64,000 nucleotides of DNA, taken from assembly GCF_001949145.1 (NCBI RefSeq), contig NW_019091358.1:3280535-3344534 (forward strand), in the 5' to 3' direction. Within the stretch, counting starts at the first letter, position 1. Each line of letters opens with the position of its first letter. A model generated the notes under the pieces. The model searched no databases, was not told where the DNA came from, and was given only the letters and a program-made list of their open reading frames with translations. This document shows, piece after piece, positions 25,901 through 37,800 of the stretch. The stretch comes from Acanthaster planci. Lineage: Eukaryota. The translations under genes were made by a program, and so were the position numbers.

Positions 25901-28900
25901 GTCCCTCAACGACTTCTCCTGCAAAACTTTTGACTATCCGACTTCCCCTTGAAAGCTTAAGTAAAAAGCATGAACAGTTGGTTTCATGCACAGTGGAAGA
26001 TTGCCTGGAGGATTCTTGCAGGTTCCCAGATCAAAATTCCTAAGGAATTAGGAATAACCTCAAAAGGACCTATCATTTGGGGGCGGGGGGCAGCTTAAAA
26101 CCAGGGGAGAGGGATTCTACTCTCCCCGTCCTGGCTAACCCAAGCTTCTAAAACTCTGCAGGGGTGCAAAGACATCCGTTATACGTGTAAAGTTTCAATT
26201 TAATCTGTTCATGGGGGCCATTTGGGTTAAAGTAGACAAAGTACTAAAAATGAGCTGGCCGACACCGCCACAAGTGAACCTGGGACTCACCTTTTCACTC
26301 CCGTGACAAGCAGTGAGGCCCAAGGCTGGTGCATGCTGAGGCAGTAACCCTCGTCGGACATCTCCATCAGCTCCCGGTCCTGGATGCGCAAGGTGCTCGT
26401 CTTGCTGGTCAGGGACAGCTTCTCCGACTTCTGCAGAGTAGCCGAGTCGGGAGGACAGAATCTGTCCTCCTTGCTTTGGACAAACTGCCAAAAGAAACAG
26501 AGAATAATACAGGAAAAAAGTCAAGCCTTCTCTGTTCTGTGCAGCTGGGATACTTTCACTTTAAAAACATCAATTGTCCTAGCTTTGATAACTCGTTCAG
26601 GAGTTTGTAAAATCCCATGTGGTAGGCTGTCACTTGGTATCGTACTGTTATGACTTAAATTATACTTGGGCACCATTTCAAAATTCTTATCGGGTAGGTG
26701 TCGGACAGAACGGTCCAACTGATACATTTATTATCGGTTGGCTATCAGGTTAAGTGGCTAATTATAACTGATAAATGCCTTTTCATTGCATATCTTCCAA
26801 GGCTATGCGGTTTCAGTGGAGCATCACCTCCTCCATTATTCACTCACACAAGTTATCGGTCGGATGGCAGAGTCCTAAAGTCAACCGATAGGAATTCTGA
26901 AATGATGCCTTGGCAGTGTGTCGCGGGATACTGCCAAGACTGGAGCATTTAAAAGGTCAGGGCATTCCTGTATACACTAGAATGCTTCTTTAGGGAGTAA
27001 TGTGTTGTCCATTGTGGGAATCTACGCTGCTCTTGCCGTGTTCCTTATGGACTACTATCACAATTCCGAGCCACGCGTTGATCCCAAGTTAAAAGCAATG
27101 TTCTTGTTGGAATGTCCTTTAGCGTTTCAGCAGCTTACGGCCTTTAATACACTCAATTATCCCACTCATCATTGCAGTTGAGTAGGCCATAAAATTAATG
27201 CCAAAATGGAAGTTTTTTGAATCTCAAGAAATCGATTAAGAATGGTTACACTCTGGTCAAAAAGACATGTATTGTTGTCAGAAAGGTGCCACTATGCCCA
27301 TCAAGACAAAATTAGCTTATACCCATCAAAATTGGGCATTCAACATCAGACTTTTTTTTAAACATACCTTTCCCAACTTCACTAATAAATACACAATAAC
27401 TACAATCAACGTTCTGAATCTCTCTCTCACCCGGGGTGCAGCCTGACTGATATTTGGATTGACGATGTCGCTGTCTCCCGCTGCACCTCTGTGACCCCTG
27501 ACATTGCCCGTCCGGCCAAAGTTCACGGCCTGGACCACCTCATCCTGCCCGTCGTACATGTCCACCTGCTGTGTGTCCTCCACCACCCGGCGGCCGGCAA
27601 AGTCCAGGGTGAAGGTTTTGCGGAGGCGGGAGCCATGCTTCTGCTCCATCAGCTCCTGCTTGCGCCGCTCCAGCTTGGCCCGCTCCTCCGAGGTCAGCCA
27701 CTGGTTGGAGTCGGTGGAGAAGTAGTCAGACTCGTCGTCGATGACCTGGGTGCGGCGGACGCTGAAGAGGAAGACAGAGGGAAAGTCCTTGTTGTATATA
27801 GAGGCCAATGCAGACGGCTTGCAGGTTACAGTGACCTAAACTATACAATTGGAAAAGTTGGAGGGCCTGACGTTTTGATCTTAGCGGAATATTTCTCAAA
27901 GGCAATGGGGAGACGTCTGTATCAAAGATCAGCAGCCTCAAATTAGACAACTGAACCACTGTCCCCAAGTTGGCTCAATTTAAAAGTACAATGGTAAATG
28001 GTATCATGTAAGGTTATTCCTTTTGGCCTGGTTCCATTCTTGAAAAAAAAAAAAAAGTTTGTCAAATTGTTTCAATTTCAAACAGGTGAGCCAATGCCAG
28101 AGAAAGCTGGCACACACACGCAAAACTCATGAAATAAAACCAGCATATTATCTAGAAACAGCAGATACTATTCTGGGTTAGGGTGGAGGTCAGGTGAAGT
28201 TTTTTAATCTACATTTTGCAACCCTCTTGGACAGACGGTTGCAAAGATGATCCACATTTCCCCTTAAGTGATTTAATCATGATTGTGATACACAGACTTC
28301 TGTACATCAATGATGCCAAACTTTGATAACACGTTCTTTCTTACGGTGCTCAGTGGACCGTAAGCCCCCATAGGCTCCAGAGGACAGTGAACATATAAAC
28401 AAAGTGTGATGTCATCAGTGCACAGGCCCATTGACTTCTCAGATTATGACGTACAGTATCTCACCTGGTCTTGTCATACTCAATCAGCTTGTCCTTGTGC
28501 TTGAGCGCCTTGTCCAGCCCAGCCTGTAGCCTGGAGGCCACGCGAGGCAAGGACAGGTCTCCGTCGCTGGCCTTACTGCCCCCTTGGCCCTCCTTCCCTT
28601 CCCCCATCAGCTTCTGCCGGAGCTTCTCGCTGGCCTTGGAGTTCCTGGCCAGGATCTCCTGCTCCTCCCTTGTGCACACCTGCAAAATCAGGGGTCCTGA
28701 TTTGAGGACTCTTTGGTCTAGCTGCTTGACTTTAGCCTTGGGTTTGTTTTTTTCAAGCCCTTGGCACCGTCTTTGTCTTGGACTTTACCTGGAGCTTCAT
28801 GTTCAGTCTCCAGAATTTGCTCCGGCAACCAAATCAAAATTCTCCACAGCCCTGATTCTCACATGGGACAAAATGATGTTCCCGGGGTAGAAAAATGAAT

Positions 28901-31619
28901 ATGCAATGATCCGATTGAGGCCACAAACAAAAACAAAGCCAGGATCTGGTGCAGAGCTCTTTCGAATAAAGGGATTATGCTTTCACTGTGGTACCCAGTA
29001 TATCAGCAGTCTGAGTACAGTGCCTACTGCGGCCTTCATTTTTCATCAATGATACTTATGAAACACTTTGCTTTTGGTGGACGCGGTGCTTCTTGATATT
29101 TGGTACCCACTACAGGTCACATGTCTTAGTGGGCGCAATCAGTCTATTACAAAATCTGGATGTAAAGATTTCTTTCAAGAAAGCGTGTCCTTTTTTTTTT
29201 CAAAGCTTTGTCAAACTTTGTAAAATATTTGCTTTGAATTTTCTTGTACAGATTGCTTACAAGATCTCAGTGGGAAAAAAAAGACAGAACTTACAAGCTT
29301 CCCACAGAAGAGGCAGGGCCCAGACCCTTCCTGTTGACACACCACTCGGCCACAACTGAGGCAGTTGGCCACCAGGCCGTGCTTCTGGGCCTGGCATTCG
29401 CACCAGTGCCTCCCTGCCAGGTGCACCACGCTGCGGGCCTCGCCCTCCTTGCTGTAGAGAGAGACGTACTTCTGCTTGCGTTTGGCTCCTTGCCGGTGGG
29501 CCTGGGCCTCCGAGATCTGCTGCTGAGGGGCTGTGGGGGGTGGGCCAACAGCTGAAGGGGGAGGCTGTGAAGAAAAAAAAAATTGAACTCGGTGTTATCT
29601 ACAGAGTGCTGGCAATACCCGGTTTCTGTCAATTACTTCAAGCAAGGCATCTTCCCAAAATGGGTCTGATGATCATTTTTCAGTGCTTTGGTTTTACTTT
29701 CCACTGGAAACAGTTAACTGAGCTCTCTTTTGATGTATCATTAAGTTTAGCACCCTGAGAAAAATGGACATTACACTCGTGAAAAATGTTGACGGTTCCT
29801 GTTGATTTACTGTCAACCTGTGTGATTCTCAGTTTGTTCGCTGACGGCAGAAAGTAGGCACTGTACGACGATGGATATACTATGAGCCCTGAGCTGGACT
29901 AAAAGAGGGCGCCATTTTCCTGGCAACGAAGGATCTTTTGGCCGGAACTGACGTTTCTGGTCCACAAACGACTACGAAATGCATGCGTGAGGGTCGCGTT
30001 GCTACCAACAAAATGAATACTCCTAACACAGCTCTCTAAAACTAATGGGGGCGGGGCTTCTACTCAAGGCGGATAGCAGAGTGGTCAAGGGCACCACCAA
30101 AGGTTGCCATGCTATGGAGGGGTTGGTCACCTTGCAGCTGGGGAGACTGACTTCAATCTTTCGGTAGAGGCTTCAAGACGGTGCCAATCCGAATCTTACC
30201 AATAAAACAGTACTTTGAGTCCTTAGGCCGTTATCGTTCTTCTTCCCTGGAAAACAATATGGAATCTGTGCATGCAATATTTGTAAAAGCTGAGCAGATT
30301 GGTGAAAAGAAGTCCGGCTGGCCTCAGGTCGGCTAGCATATCTGCATCTGCTCCCGAACAAGTGGCAATAATTGAGAATTAATCCTGTGCATCAGAGGTG
30401 ATGAACCAATGATCAATGAAGTGCCTGGATTGTGTGGGAGCTGCAGAAAGCATAACACAGGATAGTGAACTTGACATTTTACTGACTTACATCCCCAGGC
30501 ATTCGAGGCTCGCTATTCACGGCCGAAAGGTCCACCTTTGTGAAGCCTCCAGGTTTCTTGTCTTTGGCTTTGGATTTGTTCTGTGATTTACTGGCTTTCG
30601 GAGCGTAGTCTCTGTCTTCGACTGGCTTCTTATATACCTGCAACATGAAGGAACATTAAACTTGAAAATGTCTGTGAACTTCCACACAAACAGCTTCTTA
30701 GAGTTCAAGTCACAAGGCAAGAATATTAGCGAGGTTTAACAACAGGTTGCAGGTAAAAAAAGTGAGCACAAATGCAGGGAATTTAATGGAGGGAACGCTG
30801 AGCTTCACTCACTGTGACATTGTCTGGGGGAGCAGCACAGTGTTTCTTACGGAGCAGTTCCCGAATGAAGGCTTGAGCCTTGGGGTCGGCCACGTCCAGT
30901 AACTGGTGTAAGTACTCCTCAAGGTCCTTCACATTATCAATTTCCAATAGACATCTGCCAAAGTGATCCAGACAGTCAATGTCAATGGTTTTCAACGAGG
31001 TCTATTTGCACTTTACTCTTTTCCTGAATTTTCCAATGCTAGAAGATTCAGGACTGCAAGGTTCAAATCATGAACAATTCAGAGATGCTTAAAGGAAGTT
31101 AAAATGGGTTTGCAATGTTGCGGGAAATAATATACACAGTATTCTGGGGGGAGGGGGAACATGGAAAAATAGTGATGTTTACACTTGGAGTACTGATATT
31201 AACATAAGGGTACAATCAAATGAAGCCAACACATTTTCAAAACTCCTTTCAGATTGCTTTTTAAAAGTTCAGTCTTGATGTTGAAAAGAGATTTATGACC
31301 ATCAATCACTTCCATGTTTTGGAAGCAAATTCAGATATGACAGTAGAGATCTGAGAGGAAACTACCCTTTCATGTACACTGAAACTTGACAAGTGCATAT
31401 GAAAAAGTGTAACTTCATCATTTTAGCAATACACGGACACAGTGATCTGTTTCCTGGGTTCAGCAATATATATATTCCATGACAGAGATATTAACCAAGT
31501 GCAGCCTGCTTGAGATGACGGTCCTCTTACTTGGCAAAGTCTTCCGATGCATCCCCTCCAAGAAGAGCCGAGAGTTCACTGCTGCACCACTGAATCAGTG
31601 GTCCCATTGAAACTGCCAT
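22957..31619 (-). CDS. TRIP4: Activating signal cointegrator 1 (ASC-1 / TRIP4), complete, ~590 aa
   Basis: Exons 31619-31531, 30954-30813, 30637-30491, 29564-29295, 28679-28465, 27761-27431, 26484-26291, 25732-25611, 25118-25018, 24392-24296, 23021-22957 total 1773 nt in frame. C2HC5 zinc finger CECQAQKH..NCLSCGRVVCQQEGSGPCLFCG; RTQVIDDESDYF; ASCH domain [50 protein letters not shown]. An in-frame ATG also lies at 31625. Confidence 0.95.
23095..23690. mobile_element. piggyBac-type non-autonomous element with TTAA target duplication
   Basis: TTAA|CCACTTCCTGCCGGGG ... CCCCGGCAGCAAGTGG|TTAA. A diverged partial copy lies at ~43160-43633. Confidence 0.88.
26530..26760 (-). mobile_element. Possible LINE 3' remnant
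   Basis: Minus-strand translation TIPSDSLPHGIL...ARTIDVFKVKV resembles the CR1-group terminal TIxxWNxLP...FK motif; degraded. Confidence 0.4.
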
Positions 31620-32067
31620 CTTCATACAGACTCTGGAAAACACAACCACCAGCAAATTTACAAATATGAGGTTTTTATTTTGCCGTCACTGAACTGACAA
31701 CATATGAACTATCAGCAGATTTCAATTTGTTTCCTTTCAGGAAAGTCACAACATTATTTGAAATTGAGTTCCTTATCAAAGTGTAGTCTAGTTCCTTTTT
31801 CTTTTTGGTGATACAGGGCTCTGAAGGATTTTTTGAAGGGGGAAAAAGTCCAAAAATCAACAAAGTGACAACAATGGTGCAAATACTTTCTGATCACTAT
31901 TCGAGAGTCATAAGGTTCACATGTGTACTTGAAGACAAGCTGCAACCTAACTGGTTGACTATAGCTGCAATTGGTTCATGTGACCCTGCAGCACACTGCC
32001 ATTTCAACCAACTCAACCAGTCAGGCAAGTTGTGGCTGAGAATTACACATACAGGAAGTGGAACAGG

Positions 32068-32172
32068 AACATTGAATATCAAACAGTTACTTATTTAACA
32101 TTGAATATCAAACAGTTACTTGTTCAACATTGAATATCAAACAGTACTTGCTTCAACATTGAATGTCGAACA
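32068..32172. repeat. Minisatellite, ~3.5 x 29 bp
   Basis: Unit AACATTGAATATCAAACAGTTACTT(A/G)TT(T/C). Confidence 0.9.
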
Positions 32173-32934
32173 TCAAACGAAGAACAAGTAACTAACTTCA
32201 CACAGCCAAATTCAGTTTGTGTATCAATTGCAGCCGTGCTCAACTAGTTTCATAAAATTGGCATGCTTTGGACCCATTTTTTTCCTAGGTACTGAAGACG
32301 AATGTATGTCAGCCACCTTACAGAGATCTTTTGAGAGAATGCAGCGATATGGGTACACACCAACCCAAGAATCCATTCTAAACGGCATGTTGTAGAACCA
32401 TGGAGGAATACCTCGATGGTAGAACCTACATAGAAAATAGCTTCAAAAGAGTTCCATATGGATGCTGCTTGACACCCTGTGCACAAACCCTATGAGACTG
32501 GTCTAAAAATTCCAAGTGTTTTGTAAGTAAACGACTTGGCATTTTCCCTAATAAATTTGACTTTTCTTGATATGTTTTTGCTTTCTGATGGCTAATAATA
32601 GGTCGATACAGGGAATAATTACTAGCATCCGTATACGGAACTCTTTCCCCTGTAGCTTTCGGTGGGTTCGTCAGAGTGTGACAGGTGATAAACTCCTCAG
32701 TTCTGGGGGAATTGGGAGATTTGTCATAATTTATTGGCCTAGTAGTAATAGTGAACCTGCCCAACTCATCATGAGCCTGTAGTGATGGCTATATCCAGCC
32801 AGACCTCAGTGCCTAGTGCTAGGCCCCAGTGCCTTGGGGCCTAGCACCGCAGAAGTATCACCACTGTCCCTCGGCTAGGTCCTCCAAGGTACGGCATTAG
32901 GCCCATTAGTAGGCCTTAGGCAAGCCCCACACGT

Positions 32935-33584
32935 TGGGCTGTAGTGGCTCTCTTTTACAATCTGTCTCTTTCTGTCGCCACCACAGCCCTACTTCAAGGC
33001 ATGTCTTTAATGCCTGAAATCCAAACTGCAGGATTGTCACAAACTTTGAATCCTAATATCTTCCGAAATGAGAATGACTCGACAATTTTACTTACACCGG
33101 CGTATTCCTCAGAGTCTGGACTTTTATATGAGCACCCTAAAGCTTTCCAAAACCACACATTTTCCACTGTATGGTGCCTTGAAAACCCGGCCTATGATAT
33201 TTTTATGCTGGGTGGCGCCATTTTGAAAAACGAAAGCAGTGCTTCTTGCATCAGATTTCAAGGCACCCGACAGACGCTCTGGTATAGGTTGTACCATACA
33301 AAACTGGTTCCCCATCACCTTGCGTGATAGACGGACAAGGAACCGGTGAAATTAAATTTGAATACCATTAATATGCATGTCATTGTACCATGCTCCACAC
33401 ATGTGCTGTGGCCGTACTGTACAATAGTAAAGTGCGCGCGCAACTTATTACTAAGCAACATGAATTATGCATATACTGCACCTGTTGGGTGCCTTGACTT
33501 CCGGCACCCGAAGACATGCCTTGAAGTAGGGCTGTGGTAGCAACAGTTAAGAGACAGATTGTAAAAGAGAGCCACTAAAGCCCT
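32935..33584. mobile_element. MITE (~650 bp) with ~70-bp terminal inverted repeats
   Basis: GGGCTGTAGTGGCTCTCTTTTACAATCTGTCTCTT...CCACAGCCCTACTTCAAGGCATGTCTT versus AAGACATGCCTTGAAGTAGGGCTGTGG...AAGAGACAGATTGTAAAAGAGAGCCACTAAAGCCC. ACGT flanks both sides. Confidence 0.9.
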
Positions 33585-33630
33585 ACGTACGTACAGGCCT
33601 GCTGACTGTACTAGACTGGCGACCATAAAC

Positions 33631-34224
33631 TAGTCGCCAGTCCCTAATTTGGGGGTTTATTACCATTAGCACCCTGTTCCTATAATAAGGAAACAAAGTC
33701 CACTTTCTCAAACTAACTAACATTTTGACCTTAAGGAACCATTACTCAATCCTAGTAGGCCTAGTCCAGGTGATGTTTTACAATATTCAAGCAAGAAAAC
33801 TTCAAACTCCTAACCCCAGTTTGGCAAAAGACAACCACTCAGTCGAATCACACCATTTTCTTTTTCGTCTGGTTACCCGACTCAGGCTTTTTGGATTCAT
33901 CGAAACAAATCTCCATCAGGTCAAGGAACCAGACTACATTCGCCAAATTTTGTTGTTCACAGCTCTTCATGGTACGCTGCCATTTTAAGTAAAAATTTCC
34001 CTCAAAAACCAAAAGCCCTGTTCTCTTTTCTTTCTGATATGAAAGAGGACATCACCAACAACTTGTTTAGATAAAGTCATTTCAAAAAAGTAGAATTTGT
34101 TCCCTTATAATAGGAACAGGGTGCTAAAAGTAGGCCTAATGTCATGAACCCCCTAATTTCGCCACCTATTACCAAGTCTGATTGGTTTTCACTGTAAGTG
34201 GCGAGATAAGGGACCTGGCGACTA
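33631..34224. mobile_element. Nested MITEs: outer TIR TAGTCGCCAG(G)TCCCT, inner element 33667-34126 with TIR TAGCACCCTGTTCCTAT(A/T)ATAAGG
   Basis: Both inverted-repeat pairs are read directly; the inner pair has 1 mismatch in 24 bp. Confidence 0.8.
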
Positions 34225-34599
34225 TACAGTCATGACAGTCACGCACGTTTAATAGTCATGTTAGTACTAGTACTAGTAGTAACGTGCATGACCGTATAGT
34301 CAGTGCTATTAGTAAGTAGGACGGTGTAAGTAGGCCTAGTACTAGTAGGCTATTAGTAATAGTCTGGTAGTAGTACTAGGCCTACTGTACTAACACTAGC
34401 CATGCTAGTGACTATACTACGACCTACCAATCCTACCAATGTCAATTTGCACATGATGCATGACACTATAGTACAGGCCCAAAATCCTGAAGACTAGTGG
34501 TAAGAGGAATAAGAACACAGTTGGGTCCTATTGTCCAATGCCAAATTATATTTCAACCTACATCTTTATGTCGATGAACACGAAGAAGACATTTCGCAG

Positions 34600-34830
34600 T
34601 CACACACCCACAGTCGATATTTTTCCTCCACGCACCGTGTACTGCGATGGTCTAAATTGCACAACCTGGGAAAATCTCCCATACCGGCAATGACGGGTGC
34701 ACGCGGGATGACTTTGTCGCATGCGCATGCCAACGACAGAGGGCTCACTTCCTACGTTGAGTACACGTACGGACGCGTCGCGCCGCGCCGGTCGAGCGAT
34801 ATTGGAAAAGTTGGACTAAAACGCCCGGCC
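34600..34830 (-). promoter_or_regulatory. Probable TRIP4 promoter (CpG-rich, NRF1-like palindrome)
   Basis: Locally CpG-dense, with the 12-bp palindrome GCATGCGCATGC at 34719-34730. The TRIP4 ATG exon is preceded by a splice acceptor (TTTTCCAG near 31633), implying an upstream non-coding exon. Confidence 0.5.
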
Positions 34831-37800
34831 AACTCAGGCAAAAAACACCATTTATGGTCAGCCTGAACACATAATATTAAATACGATGCATACAATGTAA
34901 GCCTACTTTTTAATTGCCTGGAAGGTGAAGTGACTAACTGGGGAGTGGGGAAGTGGAGTGACGAACTGACTAAAAGCGACAGGGGATAGCCTGTCGCATC
35001 ATCCTACGAGATCCGACAGCTGCACATAGTGTACGGCCCCCGGAGGTAGTCCACCGGAGCTCCATTGATGGGGGTGCTTGTTTTTGTTTACAATTTTTTG
35101 GAAGCAATTTGATCATTCCTTTCACACCCTCTTTCCTTTGCACACACTCTAAGTGATTTGGAACAGTTATATCCAGAGAATGGGGATCCATTCTCACAAA
35201 CATTTCTGACTGAACCCACATGTAAAATTTATGTAGGGCCTAGGTCATACTTAATCAAAAATATCATGATTTAGATTTTTTTAACAAAATAATGTTACTA
35301 GTACGCAAGGGCCACTTATCCTCCTGCCCCCCCAAAAAAATTTCGAGTTACTTATATGGAGAGCAAAATACTTTTACAAATGCAAAACTTCACAGCTTTG
35401 GACGCTCAAAGCATTTTACCAATATTATATCCCGCATTTATACGTTCATTAGGCCTACACACATCATGCGCACACACGGGAGTTTTGACCAGAGTTCAAA
35501 ATATTAAAATGAACTTTAACAACATAAAATTCGACCAAAATTTTCTTTTGCCCTTTCTCAGCGTCCTGCCCGGGGTGGGCGGTTTTTGTCGACTTGCCGC
35601 ATGGATGTGAGGTCAAAAAGTCAGTGAGGATTGCAATCCAGTTGAGTTTAAAACGTGTGTTAGTCCCTTTTCACCTTTTATTTTTTGGTGTTGCCAGTTA
35701 AAATCTCCAAAATCATAGCAAGTTTCAAGGTTTGGTCTGAAATGGCAGTACACATTGGCTAAAAAATATGCATGGGCGTCGCCGGGAATTTTTGTTGGCG
35801 GGGGGGAGGGGGAAACTGTCTAGCTAAAACAATAACATTTAATTGCCAGAGGAGGTCAATGTCCTTTTTTTTTCTCTCAAGCTAATTGATGATTTTGATA
35901 CTATTCCATTTCTGTTTTTCATTTCTTTGGTAGTTTTTCCTTTTTTCGTTTGTTCTGGGTCCCCCTCCCTGGGGCTTCCCTTAATATGATTATACGGCAT
36001 ATTTATATAAGTATGAATAAAAGGTACGGTAACCCTTTCAACAGGCAGCAGTCTTCAAGGGAATCAAAATATACCTCACTTGCGAAGATGGAAATTCACG
36101 CCCCCAAATGAGATTTCTTTTGTTTGTTTTCTGAGGGGGGTGGGTGGTGGAAATTAAGCTTTGTTGAAATACAAACTCTCCTTTTGATTGAAGCAATCTG
36201 AGACCCAATCTCAATGCATTCCACCATGGTGATACATAATAGGATTTATGAACTTCACCGCGGCGAGATGTCAATTTGACACCGCGGCAAGATCGTATAA
36301 CTCGCCACGGAGAGACAGACATTCAACGATTTAACTCGCCGCGGCGGGGGAATTACTACCTCGCCGCGGTGAGATAGTAAATCCACAAACTGATAATATA
36401 ATTTAAGTAAAATTCGACCAAACCACAAAATATCCCACTTTGGTTATTATGTGGTTTATTGACGATAATGCTGAACCACGTAACGAACTCTATTCTTTTC
36501 GACCCAATGAGAAAGTTTTGGACTGCGGCCGCGGCGAGGTCCTGAACGGAAAAGCTCCCTCGGCGGTCACGAGGTAGCAACTTGCTCTGTGAGCTTTCAA
36601 ACTCACAGCTGTGAATAAAGAATTTGCGCAACGCTTAGGCTGTATTCCCCTAATGCTCTGGAGCATTTTGTGCGGAAACGCAAGGATCTGCAGATGCTTT
36701 GCCGATTCTTTTCCTTGTCGCCACCGAAATACTAGAATGGGAGAGTCCATGTACCGAGGTTAACTCAATTCCCAATGGCGGATTGGTCCATTTGAAGCAA
36801 GATATTGGACGGAGACCCCCCTCCCCCGGCCTTGTGTTGTCAATGTTTGACCGGAATCTCAGGAATTCTCTTCAGACATCCAGAGGATGGCTTAGGTAAC
36901 AGAAGTCTGCGGAAGAAATTTTAATTACGGGTACGGGGTTCGCCCTTATAGGCCTACATCTTGAAATTGTCTAGAGAATGTCTATCCGGTTCGTAAGCGT
37001 GACGTCACTTCAGTTTAAACCACGCCCACTGCACACGCACTGCGCTAAGGGTTAATGCACTGATCGCCGTTTACATTGAACTGGAAGTTAACCTGCACCT
37101 GCAGCGATTGTCCAATGGGAGCCTGCAAATCGTGGCGCATCCGACTTTGTGACAAAGTCACTTACGAACCGGACACAGTTTGGACAACCCTCCGTCATAT
37201 TCATATATCTTGTCGAGTATAGATTGGTCAGGATGACCAATGCTTATAGCCCTTTTTGTATATCTATAACGAAAAAAGCGCCTCGTTTTAGTGGGACCAC
37301 GGCCGAAAGCTGCAATAGGCCTTCTCCCAAAGTCGTTGATGATGATGTTAACCTGATGATAATGACTTCATCAGCTAGTTTTAAAAGTTCTCCATGACGT
37401 TTACAACGTTAACTTTTCTAATTTTAAAAAGTACAGTAAACAGCGCTCGACTGTTGGAAATGTTATTGCTGTGCTTGATCTTTCATACGGTCGGTGGTTT
37501 ACCCTCAAACCTGCGCTCAATTGGCCAATAGACTGCAATTCATTCTGTTTGCCGATTAGCCTTAAAATCTATTTCAAATCTCGCTATCTGTAGCAACCGG
37601 AAACAACCCACGTTTTAGAGTGTCAAAAATTTCAAACAAACTAACAAAAACGTCTTTCTCACGACAATCCACTTGAGTGTCTGTTGCCCAAACACATGAC
37701 CAAAATGATTGTTGCCAGTTTCCTTGAAAAATGACAACTTTCCGTTCGATGTTGACGTGTTGTCTTCCGTACCAAATACAAGATTTTTGCTTTGTTGCAC

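Noticed and set aside
27491..27946. Plus-strand ORFs overlapping exons (also 3626-3880, 8811-9182, 16373-16828, 28471-28890, 40563-40901)
   Set aside because: These are antisense shadows of GC3-rich minus-strand exons with no independent motifs.
30131..30200. Extra TRIP4 exon
   Set aside because: It has stops in the required frames, and exons 30491 and 29564 join in frame without it.
32250..32780. Novel ORFs of 78-112 aa
   Set aside because: Only a faint reverse-transcriptase-like remnant (DASNY..YRPI) with no coherent frame; too weak to call.
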